A stretch of 64,000 nt of DNA, taken from Schmidtea nova (taxonomy: Eukaryota). The position numbers and the translations under genes are program-made. The notes beneath the pieces were generated by a model. It worked only from the letters and a program-made list of their open reading frames with translations, did not search any database and was not told the origin of the DNA. Below, one piece after another: positions 15,138 through 27,996 of this stretch (its first letter is position 1; every line of letters begins with the position of its first letter). Location: positions 14,632,001 through 14,696,000 of the forward strand of contig CM097882.1 in assembly GCA_044892505.1 (NCBI GenBank), read 5' to 3'.

Positions 15138-15223
15138 TTGATACAGATCTTGATACAGATCCTGATACAGATCTTGATACAGATCTTGATACAGATCTTG
15201 ATACAGATCCCTTGAAACAGATC
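15138..15223. repeat. 12-bp minisatellite (TTGATACAGATC)
   Basis: Six near-perfect copies plus one degenerate copy. Confidence 0.9.
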
Positions 15224-15652
15224 CCGCATCGTGGAATACTAATGTGAGAATTTTTCTTAATTTGGGTATGGGATCATCAATCGTCATGCCCATTGATCAT
15301 CCCATGCCCAGTAACTTGGTTATTTTTATATTTATTTGTTTTTTTTATTTATTATTTATCCCTAACTCGTTGATAAAATTTTATAGGAAAATATCAATTT
15401 TAGAAGTTAAAAGATTCGTTTACCTTTATTTTATTTATTATTCTATTAAAATTTTCTACACTGTCATAAATTCCCATACTGAACATCAACTCTATTTCGT
15501 ACAATATTTATTGTATAAAGATAAAAATAATTTTATTTTTTGTTTTGCTCCCATACCCCCTGAAACCTGTTTCTGGCCTTGTACCGAGCGGATGGAAGTA
15601 GCCTGAGCGAATCGCTGGTTCGATTCGTAATCGATCAGCCCATATTTCCGAG

Positions 15653-16398
15653 TCCAGGTGAATAGCCCAAACATCCATTATCACTTCATCTCAACTGGGG
15701 AACAGTGGCTTGGCCAAGGGCAAGGTGTTATACTAATGATATTTGATTTATAATAATGTAGTTTATCTGAATTTATAATTCTAATATATTCATAATTAAA
15801 AATTGATACCACATATAAACGTAAAGATGATTTCCTCCATTAATGTCTTTTCCATTATAAAAAATGATCTGCGCAAGAATATTTTACTCGTCGTTCGCCT
15901 TCACTCTCACAACAACTGTCATCTTATCCGAAAACGCAAGAAAATTGGAAGCTAATATTGAAAAGAGAATCGTTTGAAATAATGCTCAAAGCTGGTATAA
16001 TGATCACGAAATGAAACGAAAATTTTTTTTCCAGGTGAATAGCCCAAACATCCATTATCACTTCATCTCAACTGGGGAACAGTGGCTTGGCCAAGGGCAA
16101 GGTGTTATACTAATGATATTTGATTTATAATAATGTAGTTTATCTGAATTTATAATTCTAATATATTCATAATTAAAAATTGATACCACATATAAACGTA
16201 AAGATGATTTCCTCCATTAATGTCTTTTCCATTATAAAAAATGATTTGCGCAAGAATATTTTACTCGTCGTTCGCCTTCACTCTCACAACAACTGTCATC
16301 TTATCCGAAAACGCAAGAACATTGGAAGCTAATATTGAAAAGAGAATCGTTTGAAATAATGCTCAAAGCTGGTATAATGATCACGAAATGAAACGAAC
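15653..16398. repeat. Near-identical tandem direct duplication of about 370 bp (15653-16021 and 16030-16398)
   Basis: Both copies start TCCAGGTGAATAGCCC and end GAAATGAAACGAA, with only a few differences. Confidence 0.9.
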
Positions 16399-16836
16399 TG
16401 TGAAGACAAGTATTGATTGATCTGAATTAAACCTCATTCATTATCTAAATAATTTTCTCCAGTGAACCTTGTTTTCGGGAGCCTGAAGTTCCTAAGTGAA
16501 GTGTCCCGAAAAATTCGCGCGCACTTTGGTTGGGAAATTCATGCTCGAACGAAACCGAAATTCACTTTACTCGATGTCGAAAAATGTTCTTTGAAGAATT
16601 TATAACTTATTTTACTTTTATTTTTATTCAGTATATAAAACTTTTTAGATTGAATTCTTATTTGGATCGCGAAATTTTTGGATAAAAATTTATTATTATG
16701 TGGATTTCGGTTTTGATCATAAAAATAAAAATTTACTTTTTATTATATTGAAAAATTTTATAATGAGAAAATTGTAAACCAAAATTTTTCTAAGAGTTTG
16801 TAAATCAAAAATTACATCGAACCCCATTTAAATTTT

Positions 16837-18095
16837 AAATTAGTATTAATTTTTAAAATAAAATATATATTTTAAATTCTATTATAGTCAAAAAATTTAA
16901 ATCGATTAAAATTTTTAAATTTAAATAAATTAATCTTAAAAGTATAATATTCTTTTATTTTTATACAAAAAAATATTTTTTTAAAGAATATATTATAAAT
17001 AATTTCATATTTATAAACAACAGAATGATTGAAAACGAAATCCACAATCCCCAATTGAAAATGCTCTAAAACTCGAGTACAGAAAAGACGGTCAGTCTTG
17101 TCCAAAGTATGTGGCAATACGCCCATGACATTTGAAAACTTAAACGAGTATAGAACACAAATCAAAAGAAGAAAATAAACATCATCAACAACCACATCAG
17201 TTAATTTACTTAAACCGAAAAAAATGAGGCAAACACATGGACTCAAAACTCTCACACTCACATATTCACAAACAACGATATGACTGAAAACAACGCTAAA
17301 TCCCATTAATTGACTCCGCTCTGAAACTCGAATACAGAGAAGACGGGCAGTCTTTTCCAATGTTTTGGGATTTCACCCATGACGTTTGAAAATATAAACG
17401 AGAACAGAGCAAAGAACAATACAGAAAACTTAGAATCACCAACAATCACATCAATTAATTCATAAACAATAGAATAAGAGAAGGAATCAGCACGAGTGTA
17501 AACCTCATCTGTATTGTTCTTTGCTCTGTTCTCGTTTATATTTTCAAACGTCATAGGTGAAATGCCACATACATTGGAAAAGACTGCCCGTCTTCTCTGT
17601 ATTCGAGTTTCAGAGTGGAGTCAATTAATGGGATTTAGCGTTGTTTTCAGTCATATCGTTGTTTGTGAATATGTGAGTGAGAGTTTTGAGTCCGTGTGTT
17701 TGCCTCATTTTTTTCGGTTTAAGTAAATTAACTGATGTGGTTGTTGATGATGTTTATTTTCTTCTTTTGATTTGTGTTCTATACTCGTTTAAGTTTTCAA
17801 ATGTCATGGGCGTAATGCCACATACTTTGGACAAGACTGACCGTCTTTTATGTACTCGAGTTTTAGAGCATTTTCAATTGGGGATTGTGGATTTCGCTTT
17901 CAATCATTCTGTTGTTTATAAATATGAAATTATTTATAATATATTCTTAAAAAAAATATTTTTTTGTATAAAAATAAAAGAATATTATACTTTTAAGATT
18001 AATTTATTTAAATTTAAAAATTTTAATCGATTTAAATTTTTTGACTATAATAGAATTTAAAATAAATAATTTATTTTAAAAATTAATACTAATTT
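16837..18095. repeat. Long inverted repeat: arms 16837-17425 and 17508-18095, 82-bp spacer; made of Penelope-like GIY-YIG and 3'-tail remnants
   Basis: Mirror ORFs 16872-17360(-) and 17677-18060(+) encode nearly the same peptide. Each arm has two degenerate GIY-YIG-like segments (FKFSNVMG...LDKTDRLLCTRVLEH; LEKTARLLCIRVSE). Confidence 0.85.
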
Positions 18096-18145
18096 GTTCG
18101 AAAAAATCGATTTATTTGATTATTATTTGAATGTGAGATTGGGTA

Positions 18146-18187
18146 GAACCTGATGAAGAGAATTAAGTTCTCGAAATATATTGTGCA
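18146..18187 (+). ncRNA. Putative minimal hammerhead ribozyme, Penelope-associated and probably degenerate
   Basis: CTGATGA-A-GAGAA-ttaag-TTCTC-GAAA-TATAT, just 3' of the plus-strand Penelope-like tail. Stem I pairing is poor. Confidence 0.55.
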
Positions 18188-18199
18188 AAATATATATAT

Positions 18200-19523
18200 T
18201 TGGATTGGCGTGTGTTGTTAATTATTTTAGTGNNNNNNNNNNNNNNNNNNNNNNNNNNNNNNNNNNNNNNNNNNNNNNNNNNNNNNNNNNNNNNNNNNNN
18301 NNNNNNNNNNNNNNNNNNNNNNNNNNNNNNNNNNNNNNNNNNNNNNNNNNNNNNNNNNNNNNNNNNNNNNNNNNNNNNNNNNNNNNNNNNNNNNNNNNNN
18401 NNNNNNNNNNNNNNNNNNNNNNNNNNNNNNNNNNNNNNNNNNNNNNNNNNNNNNNNNNNNNNNNNNNNNNNNNNNNNNNNNNNNNNNNNNNNNNNNNNNN
18501 NNNNNNNNNNNNNNNNNNNNNNNNNNNNNNNNNNTTTAATTATTTTGGCAATATGTTTGTTAACTATGTCGTTGTTTAAAAAAGGGTATGAAATTATATA
18601 GCATCTTGTTCATATAGCGGAGGCGGTTCGAATGACAACATTGATACTTGAAATTTTTAAAATTTTTAATTTTTGGTCCAAAATTAAATTTTTTCGACCA
18701 GGCAACTTAAAAATGGTACCACCGTGTGCGTCACTGAAATGCAGAGCGAACGATTCCACTTTTAACCTTGGTACTTTAAAGTATTTTTGTTTTTGTTTCA
18801 AAATTTTATTTTTTAATCGGACACCTTCAAAAATAGTATTATTGTGTGCGACACTGAAATGCCTTGCGAACGATACCAAATTTGACCTTGATACTTGTAC
18901 TTTTAAAATTAAAAAAAATTATTTAAATTTGAAATGAGTTATCGATGACGTCACTTAATTCAAATTTGAAATGAGTCATCAACGTGTCATAGAGTGAGTC
19001 ATCGATGAGTCGTAATGGTGAGTTATCAATGTGATGAGTCATCGATGAGCCATCGATTTAAAATTTTAAAAAAACTTCTCAAAAAATAGCAGAGTTAGTG
19101 GTGAGTCATTAAAATCAAAAAAATTTTCAAAATAATCAAAATTGAGAAAGTTTAAAAAAATTACTTATTTTTCGATGAGTCATAAAAATTTCGGACGAGT
19201 CATTCATCAGTATTCGATTATTTAAATAAAAAATTTTAAAAAAAAACAGAAAATTTTTCGAAAAAAAGTATGAGTCATCGAAGACTAAAAAAAGTTTTTT
19301 AAAAAAAATTTGTTAAAAAAACAGAATATTTTTCGAAAAAAAGTATGAGTCATCCATGACTCATCGATGCGTCATAAAAAATTTTGAAAAAAAAGTTTTA
19401 AAAAAAGAGAATATTTTTCGAAAAAAAGTATGAGTCATAAATTTCTTTTTACCCCGGGGTTCTTTGTTCGTTATTTTCACGCCCACGTATGTCTTTGTTC
19501 CCAGCTCTACACATTTACCTACT
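18200..19523. mobile_element. One terminus of a Maverick/Polinton-derived element (family related to 32625-37506)
   Basis: Ends ...ACACATTTACCTACT (reverse complement starts AGTAGG). It has a dense ATGAGTCATCGATGA array (18930-19440), a junction AAATTTGAAATGAGT(T/C)ATCGATGACGTCA shared with 37306-37335, and TTATTTTGGCAAT satellite-like sequence beside the N gap. Gypsy RT follows immediately. Confidence 0.75.
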
Positions 19524-21746
19524 GAAGGAATATTGTCTAAAGGAGTAGTGGTTTACCTAGACGATATATTGATTTATGGGAAAGACAGAAAAGAACATGA
19601 TTTACGACTAGAGTAAGTATTCAAAAGAATAAAAATAGCAGGGTTGAAAATTAATCCTGGTAAGTGTGACATTTTTAACGAAGAACTGACATTTCTGGGA
19701 CACATTGTTAGTTCCTAAGGGATAAAGAAGATCAAAGAAATTAAAGAGGCAGAGATACTGACATGTGCTAAACAATTGAGGTTGTTCCTGGATATGACTT
19801 ACTAATACATGAAATTCATAAAAGATTACGCAAAGATTGCTGAATCGTTGTACGCAGCCACTTCCGGAAGCGGAAAAATGATTAATTGGTCAGAAAATTG
19901 CAATAAAAGTTTTGAATTACTCAAAACAAAATTATGTGAAACCCCAATCCTGGATTATCCAATATTAGAGGACATATTTATTCTGGACACAGATGCCAGT
20001 TTAGAGCCATTGGAGCCGTTCTGTGTCAAGAAAGAGGAGACAATACAGAGGTCGTTATTTCGTATGGATCAAGACATTTAACGGCACACAAAAAAGGGTA
20101 TTGTGTGACAAGGAAGGAATTACTTGCAATACACGTATATGTCTTATATTTCAGACAACATTTATATGGAAAGGCTTTTGTAGTGCAAATAGATCACAAA
20201 GCACTAGTCTTCATGAGATACACCAAGAAAGCAATAAGCCCACAGTTTCAGACATGGCTAGCCGACCTTTTCGCATATGACTTCGACTTGCAATATAGGA
20301 AAGGAGAAGAACATAGGAATGCAGACGGTATCTCAAGGATCAAGGGGATGTTATGTGCTCAATGACAGACACAACATGAAGGCGCGAAAGATGAAAAAAC
20401 TAGATTGAGACATATTAGTATATTACAGAAGACTGAATTCAATGACAAGATTATTAAGCAAACAAGAGGATGACGTAGACTTCATACACATGTCAAGGGT
20501 ATTACTGGGAAAAGAGAATGAAGAAAATCTGAACAAGAAGAAATTCCCCTTTAATTTGCTGAAGAACACAAAATTCGAAAACGGATTATTGCTGCTTGAG
20601 AAAGACGGAAAGGATGTAATATTAGTACAATTTGACTACTCTAATACATTAGTCAAAGACATACATACAGAAATGTGTCATATTGGAGTGAAGAAATTAA
20701 CAAGTTACATGAGCGATTTATTTTTTTGGCCGAATATGCAAGGAACAATTAAAAGCTGTTTAAGATCATGTGAAATATGTTGTAAACGGAAGATAGTACA
20801 AGAGAAAACAAAGGAACGACTGATACCGATAATGAGTTCAGATTTCTTAGAACAACTGGTTGTAAATATAGCCCACATGAAACCTCAAGGAAGTTACAGA
20901 TATTTATTAGTTATTATTGACCGTTTTAGCAAGATGGTTAGTCTAACTGCACTTGAAAGACAAGATGAGAAATCGTTGTTCAAAGCCATATTAGAGAAGT
21001 GAATATATAGATTAGGTAAACCACAAAGTCTTTTATCAGACGAAGGTAAGAATTTCGACAGCATGTTCATGAAGACACACCTAGGGAAGTAATGCATCGA
21101 ACAACACCTGAGCTCACCATACCAACACCAATCAAATGGGCTGGTGGAAAGGACAATACTAACAATCAGAGACTTATTGACAACTTCTATATTCAGTGAA
21201 TTAGGGGAGAGAAATTGGGTAGATTTACTCCCACATATAGAATTTTGTATTAATGCGACAACACAGAGTACAACAGGATTCTCACCATTCGAAATTGTTT
21301 TCGGGAGGAAAATTAATCTACATCCAACAATACTACGGACAAATTTGAACACAACCGAAATACGCAAGCAGGTTCTAGCAAACAGTGAAAGAGCAGCAAA
21401 ACGAATGAAAGAAACAGACACAGATAGAAGGACGCATAGAACTTTTGAAGTAGATGAGAAAGTATTGGTTCGGAAAGAACCACAGAATCGGGACAAAAAT
21501 AGCCTACAGTACGACGGGCCGTTCGTAATATCAAGATTTTTGTCAGAACACCAAGTGTAGCTGATCGATGGAGATTCAAAGAAACTTCAATGTATCGAAT
21601 GGCTGAAGAAATGGGCAGATCCTTTAAGAAAGAGGGAGTTATATAAATTATAGTTGTTTTAATAATGAAGAAAGAAAGTATGTTTAATAATAAATAATTA
21701 ATTTTGTCCATTTGTATATTTGATGAATTTAGAAGGAGACATAACT
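19524..21746 (+). mobile_element. Gypsy family 2: decayed 3' half (RT, RNase H, integrase), PPT and 110-bp 3' LTR (21637-21746)
   Basis: VVVYLDDILIYG, ILDTDAS, VTRKELLAI, TDHKAL-like, HTEMCHIGVKK, YQHQSNGLVER and GPF motifs with many stops. PPT AAGAAAGAGGG; LTR with inverted ends AGTTAT...ATAACT. Confidence 0.9.
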
Positions 21747-22400
21747 ATACATGCTAAGGTAATTTGGTAATAATTGAAATCTTCTAAAACATTGATAAGA
21801 TACATAACATATAAATTATATTAACTGCCCAGGAAGATGTTGAATATAAAAATGAAAATTCAAAACGATTCAATAAATTTATTTGCACCATCAAAAGATA
21901 AAAATGTCCAAATCAATATACAGTAGCGATGGATTCGGACCAGAAATTCCAATAGAAGGTAATGAAAGATAATGATAAATATTATTTCTGTAGACGCATC
22001 GAGTTGGCCAATTTTAGAGTATTTAATTCCAATGTACGATAAGATAGTCAAGCTTCAAAGTTTTAGCATAATATCTCCAAAAAATCAAACTACTAACAAA
22101 GATACTGAATAGTTGTTCCATTTCTTCCACGGCAGATTCAACTGACAATATAACTCTTAACTTTAATAGGAAATAAAATGAAATTTTTATTTTATTAAAA
22201 AACAATATTACCAGTATAATCCACTGAGATCTGGATGTCACGAAATCCAATCTTCATATGATTCATTTAACTGGATAAATTAAATAAACTAGAAAAGTAT
22301 AAGCATACAAATTTCTTACTTATAAGATTTAACTTTTGCATTCGATTCGATTTGGATTTCCAACCTAAAAATAAATTTAAAATCAATAAGGTATATTATA

Positions 22401-24484
22401 CACCAAAGCGCATAAATTAAGGGCCAGACAGGCAAAATTTAAAGTATCTATAATAACAAATAATTTTATATATAGAAAAAATATACATACCTACTGCAGA
22501 TTAGAACAAAGAAAAAAAGCACGGTCATAAATTAGGGGCCTATATTATACACCCTATAACGATGACCAACATCTCCTATAATATAAAATTAAATTATATT
22601 ATAGAAATTCAAAACACTCACCTGTGTGTTATCGGTGTGCTAACATTCATTAACATCCTTTATTATGTGGTAGACAAAAAGGACAGAAAAATTTTGTAAA
22701 CCACAAAAAGGCATTATATAGTAAAAACTGCATGCAAACTTCTAATGGGTGCAAATTTAATCAATCACTAGCATCCCATAATAAATCTTACGCACACAAA
22801 AAAGTTGATATTTTCTTCATTTTAATTATTTTTTTATCAATTTTTAAAATGAAATTAAAAGCAAAATCATTGAAAAAAAATATATTTCAAGAGGGCACAT
22901 TGTAAGATGTCTTTTTCATTTAAAATTTAAATAAATTTTTTATAGCAAATCCGATAATTCTGAAGGCTCCAAGTTAAGCTTTCGGGAAAATGATCAGCCA
23001 AATTTGGAAAAATTATTTTTTTATTATAAAAATAATTAAATTTTGATAGCAATTCTGATATTTCAGAAGGCTCCACGTTAAGCTTTCGGGAAAACAACCA
23101 GCTAAATTTGTAAATATTATTATTTTAATAATTTTTAATAATTAATTTTTAATAATTAATTTTTTTAATTATTTTTTTAATCATTAAATCAAAATTTTTA
23201 TAGAATATCATTTAATGAAGGACAATCAAGTTCTACAGGGCTTGGTTTGGAAAGAAAAACTAGAAAAAAAGCTGACAAAGCCAAAATCGTGATTGCCATG
23301 GAAAATGGGGAGGATTATTTTCAATTTAGTAGACTGTTAGGAATTACTAAAAACACAATAAAAGCAATAGTAGTTAAGTATAAAAAATTTGGCTTTATAT
23401 CAAAAAGAAAATCGGTGGCAGCAAATCAAAGATTTCCGAAGAAAATGGAAACAAACTGTTAGATTATGTAGAATAAAATTATTTTTCAATCTAACAGAAA
23501 TAAAAAATTACTTAAATACACAAAACTGTTCGATTTTTGAAAAAGTCCAAAATGATGCAAAAAAATAGATATCTCTGGAGATTAATGTTATTAATGTAAT
23601 AAAATAATAAATTTTAATATAGTTTCTTACTTTTTTTCGAATATAAATCCTTTCGCATGTTCATACATTACTAAAAAAAGTCATTTGAATGATAAATTTA
23701 AGTAAATATCTTACTTAAAACAAAGAAAATTCATGAATAATCATGAATACACACACCAACTAGCATTATAGAGGATGCTAGTCATCGATATAGGGTGTAG
23801 AAAATAAGAAAAATAAATTAGGTCAAAAAAACAAACTTACACAACACACAAATAACCTATAATGAAAAATACAAACACATGGACATAATTTAAGGGACAG
23901 TCTTTAATTAAGGGATTTTAAAATTTAAAAAAATCATGATTTATGATGATATTTCAGAAACATTTTTGGAATCAACTGTACCATTTATTGGAGAGGATCA
24001 AGAAGAAATGTAAACTTACAATTATATTAAAAAAATTTTAAAAAATATTTTTAGAAATGCAGAAAATGAAGCTATAATGCCTCAAACGGCCGAAACTGTA
24101 GAAAGAAAACATCGAAAAACGTAAAACAAATTTGAATTTTTAATTTTTAACTTAAAATTTTATAGATAATCTGAACATGACAAAAAATTATTGAAAGAAG
24201 CAATGAAACGGCGTGAAAATTATGAAGAACTCGGCAGGTAAATAGGTTTTGAACCTAAGATTATAAAATTATAAAGACTTACTTTTTTCTGTATTTCATA
24301 AATATCTAAAAAATATCTAGATAAAATAAATTGGTATTTAACTTAAAATATTAAATAAATTTAAAATATGTTAAAATAGCTTAAATACATAGCTAAAAAA
24401 TTAAATTAAAAATTAAATAAGAAGATAATAAATACCAACTGCTGTATTAAGTGTTTTATGGCCCTTAATTGCAGACTGTTGGTG
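22401..24484 (+). mobile_element. Degenerate Tc1-like transposon
   Basis: TA-CACC...AATTAAGGGCCA and inverted TGGCCCTTAATT...GGTG-TA. The internal fragment 23247-23462 looks like a Tc1 N-terminal HTH (KIVIAMENGEDYFQFSRLLGITKNTIKAIV). Confidence 0.5.
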
Positions 24485-25026
24485 TAGTAAAACTATTACC
24501 ATATAAAAATCTATCCAATCAGATTTCGTGAATTTGACAGTTTGCCTAAAATAAATATATAGATTTATTTTTATTTTTTATGTTTCACGTTAATTTAATA
24601 GACCAGGGGACTGGCAAGATACTACCCCGTGTATAATATTAAAATTAAAATTTTTACACGTTTAAAATACCTAGAAATTTGTATGATTGACAAACGTAGA
24701 TTTAATACAATTTAACTTACCATTGCTAACGACTCGGTGAAAATTTAAATTTTAAGTACATTTAAAACCGGTATTTAGAAGAAAATCAATTAAATTTTTA
24801 AATAAAAAAAGTAAAATTTAAAATTCAGAAAGAAATAGTCGAAAAAAATTCAAACTCATAAAAGTTAATAACACTGGAAAATCAAATGTTTGTTTTGAAA
24901 AAACTTTTGCGCCTGAATTGAGTGGTGATGCTGAATAAATATTTGAGATTTGATAAATATGAATGTGCAGGAGAGAAGAAGTTGAATTGAAAATTATTAT
25001 TTATTTGTATATGTTTTGTTCAGCAA

Positions 25027-25593
25027 ATGGAAACCAAAATAGATAAAATGATGGCCCAAATGACCGAAATGAATTGGAGTTTGCGGCACCTAACAGCCCA
25101 CGTCGCAGAAATGGAGGAGTAAAGGAAGCTTCTCTGAGAAGAGCTCCGAGTGATGACAGAGCGAATGGAAAAGTTTCGTTCTCGGTGCCGGAAAGTGGAG
25201 TCTACATGGACGAATGTATAAGGCACCGCGAAGATACGAAGACAAATCAAGATGCTACAAGATCTGGCCACCTAAGATGCGCTCCAACTTCGCGCAATGA
25301 AAATGACAATAAGGAATCAGGATGCGGAGATCACCCAACTGAAGATCGATGCCGGAATCGTCTTGGCGCTACAACCGAAAGTGGAATTACCCGTCTTGGA
25401 GTTATTTCCAGTGCGTGCTGGACAAAAAATGTCGACACATGGGCCAATGACAAATCCGAGTACTGATCGGCCAAATAAATGGAGACTCAGTAATGGAGTT
25501 CATGCCCATCGAAAGCGACATCAGGAGACTCTACTCCTGGGGCAGTTCCGCAAAGTGTCGGTCAAAACTATTGACTTATCGATTACCGACTGA
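25027..25593 (+). pseudogene. Decayed ORF of unknown family with predicted coiled-coil N-terminus
   Basis: A single GC-richer frame runs from ATG 25027 (METKIDKMMAQMTEM...) to 25593 with about four in-frame stops. It is preceded by a TTCAG acceptor-like site. Confidence 0.35.
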
Positions 25594-26299
25594 CATTGTA
25601 AACAATTTCTGTAAATCAAAATTCATTTTGTGTTATTGTCTCAATTTTAATTATATTTATTGTATATAACGAATTATTTCAAAGTTTGAATGAATGGATC
25701 GACTGATATCGTGACTGTTTGAATAATGTTACAACGAGATTCGGTAAATAACGCAATGCTTGTTGAGCGATAGAGACGTTTTGCTTTGTTTACTTTTAAT
25801 TAAACCGCTTGATAATACCTTGGTACTGATCATGAGGAAAACCACCGTGACGTGATTTTCTTTCTTGCAATCGTCGTTTAAAATTTCCACGGTTTATTAT
25901 AAAGTTAATGTGGAATAAGGGACAAAAATGGGCGCGAAACCTTCTATCGGTAGCCCTTGAACTCAGGAGATGTTCGGTTAATAATAGTTTCGATTTTTTC
26001 ATCGCTCACTGTTCGCGAACATCCACCCATTTGTTGTATTACCAACATTACATTGTGACGGGCAACAAGATGGTTAAACTAATGTTTTGTATGTTGAGTT
26101 GTTGATGTGAGCCATAGCAACAGCAAGGTCATATTGACGGTCAACAACCCACCATCACTGTTACACAATTTACCAAATATCCGTTTCCACTGTCGGAGCG
26201 AAAATATCCATTTTCATCCAATTCTTGTGATACAAATCCACAATCATAAATATTCGTCATCATCTAATTCTTCCCCTTTAAATATCAATATAATAATTT

Positions 26300-27400
26300 A
26301 ATCTTTTCATATTCGTTCAACAACTCTTTTTCTTAATTTCCGAACCTTTGTGCCACAATTCTCTAGTATATATTCAGTTTTCTCATAATCTTCATAATCT
26401 AATGCTATTGTAAACGGGTTTAATTTGATTTCAATTTTTTTGAGTTCTTTTCCCAATCGTCGTAATATACATCTTAACTTTTCTCTATATCTTGATTATT
26501 CATACATATGACCTTATTGCATGGATAATATTTAATTTACTATTTCTATCAATTTCAATTTCTTCTATTAACTTCAATTGTCTGACAATTTCATTTTCAT
26601 CTCCTTTACTCAAAATCTCTTTTAATTCCCTACAAATTTTCTGTGACTTATCTTTTATTGTTTCATTGTTTCTACTAATTTACGCTATCTGAATTTTAAT
26701 TTTATTCTCAGGTTTATGACCACAATCTATTAAAATTTCATCATCATTTAAACTTCTATTTTTAAATTTTACTTCCGTTATCAATTTCTAGCAATTCTTC
26801 TCCACTCTACTTTTAAACTCTTACGCATTCTCCTATTTCACAACAAATACTCATTCACACCAATAACAAAAAAATCTAGCCGTTTTCTCTTGGAACAATT
26901 TCCAAAATATTTTCATTATATATTTGGTCTCAGTTTTATCTTTTGAATTTTCGCTATGATAATCAGCCCTTTTTTCAATTACACTTTTCAATTTTTGTCT
27001 ACTCATCGGCATTTGGCTCAATTTCTTTAACCATGTCATTATTTTAGATGCTTCTTTTACTTTTGATTCTATTAAAATTTTATGCTCGACATAATCATTT
27101 TTTTCAGCTTCTAAGTCACCATTTGCTACTTCCTTTATTATATCTAACTCTGACCGTTCTGATTGCTGTTCACACATCATATGATTATCAATTTCTTCAT
27201 TTAATTCAAATTTGCCCATTAATTGATCCAATCGTCAACCCGTTTGTTTAATATCTTTTTCAATTCTTTCATTACCATCGTCTAGTTGTACAAAAGCCAT
27301 GTTATCAAATTTTGATTTATAATTTTTAAATCTGATCTTCTTTAATATCGGTCTTTGAAATTTTTTATTATTCTTTGGGCATAATCTAGTCATGTGTCTT
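26300..27400 (-). pseudogene. Decayed intronless virus-like ORF(s), probably Polinton accessory genes
   Basis: Lys/Glu/Ile-rich reading frames with stops (ORF 26851-27231 ends in a CxxC: FFCYWCE). They are collinear and co-oriented with the adjacent ATPase. Confidence 0.4.
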
Positions 27401-27409
27401 TAACCTATG

Positions 27410-27996
27410 CATGAGTGAAATTGAATTTGCCCTTTGGAGATTTACTCTGTCTCTCTGTGGCAATTGTGACGTTGACGGAGATCTCGATCTTGCAAAACAA
27501 TTTCGAGAAATATGACCTTTCCTATCTTCAGATATTCTTGTCTTGCAAGAAAATATATAACCGTTGCAACTCTTGGGTTTTTAAAAATAACCAGATAATG
27601 TACATTTAAATTACGTTTTCGATGATTTCCACCTTGATGGAAAAGATATTGTATTATGAATATAACTGTACCTCCAGCATGTCTAGAAATCTTTGAAAAT
27701 AAATTATTAAATTCTTTTCTTTGTTGGCTTCTTGAAATAAATCATCAATTATGATGAAGTCTTTCTTTTTTCAAACTCTTTGTTCAATCTTTATCAAACC
27801 CTTTGATTATTTTCATTTTGACTATGCAAGATTCTGTCTGTGTCAAACCATTTTCAGTTTCAGAACCTTGATGCCAATATATTTGATTAAATTTTTCAAC
27901 AAATAAATTTGATTGTAACAATTTACATACAAAAAGCGTTTTACCACTACCACTAGGTCCAACAATTTGGTAAACAGCATCATTTTGCAACTCCAT
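27410..27996 (-). pseudogene. Polinton/Maverick DNA-packaging ATPase (A32/FtsK-HerA-like), frameshifted
   Basis: Walker A GPSGSGKT, Walker B FIIIDDL (second frame), then SRH...FIIQYLFHQG, LNVHY and FKNP...LARQ, the motif order typical of Polinton ATPases. Confidence 0.85.

Noticed and set aside
13471-21746. Idea that the minus-strand 5' LTR and the plus-strand 3' half are one inverted Gypsy copy
   Set aside because: The flanking 4-mers (TATT vs ATAC) do not form a TSD and the LTRs differ at several positions, so separate copies are more likely.
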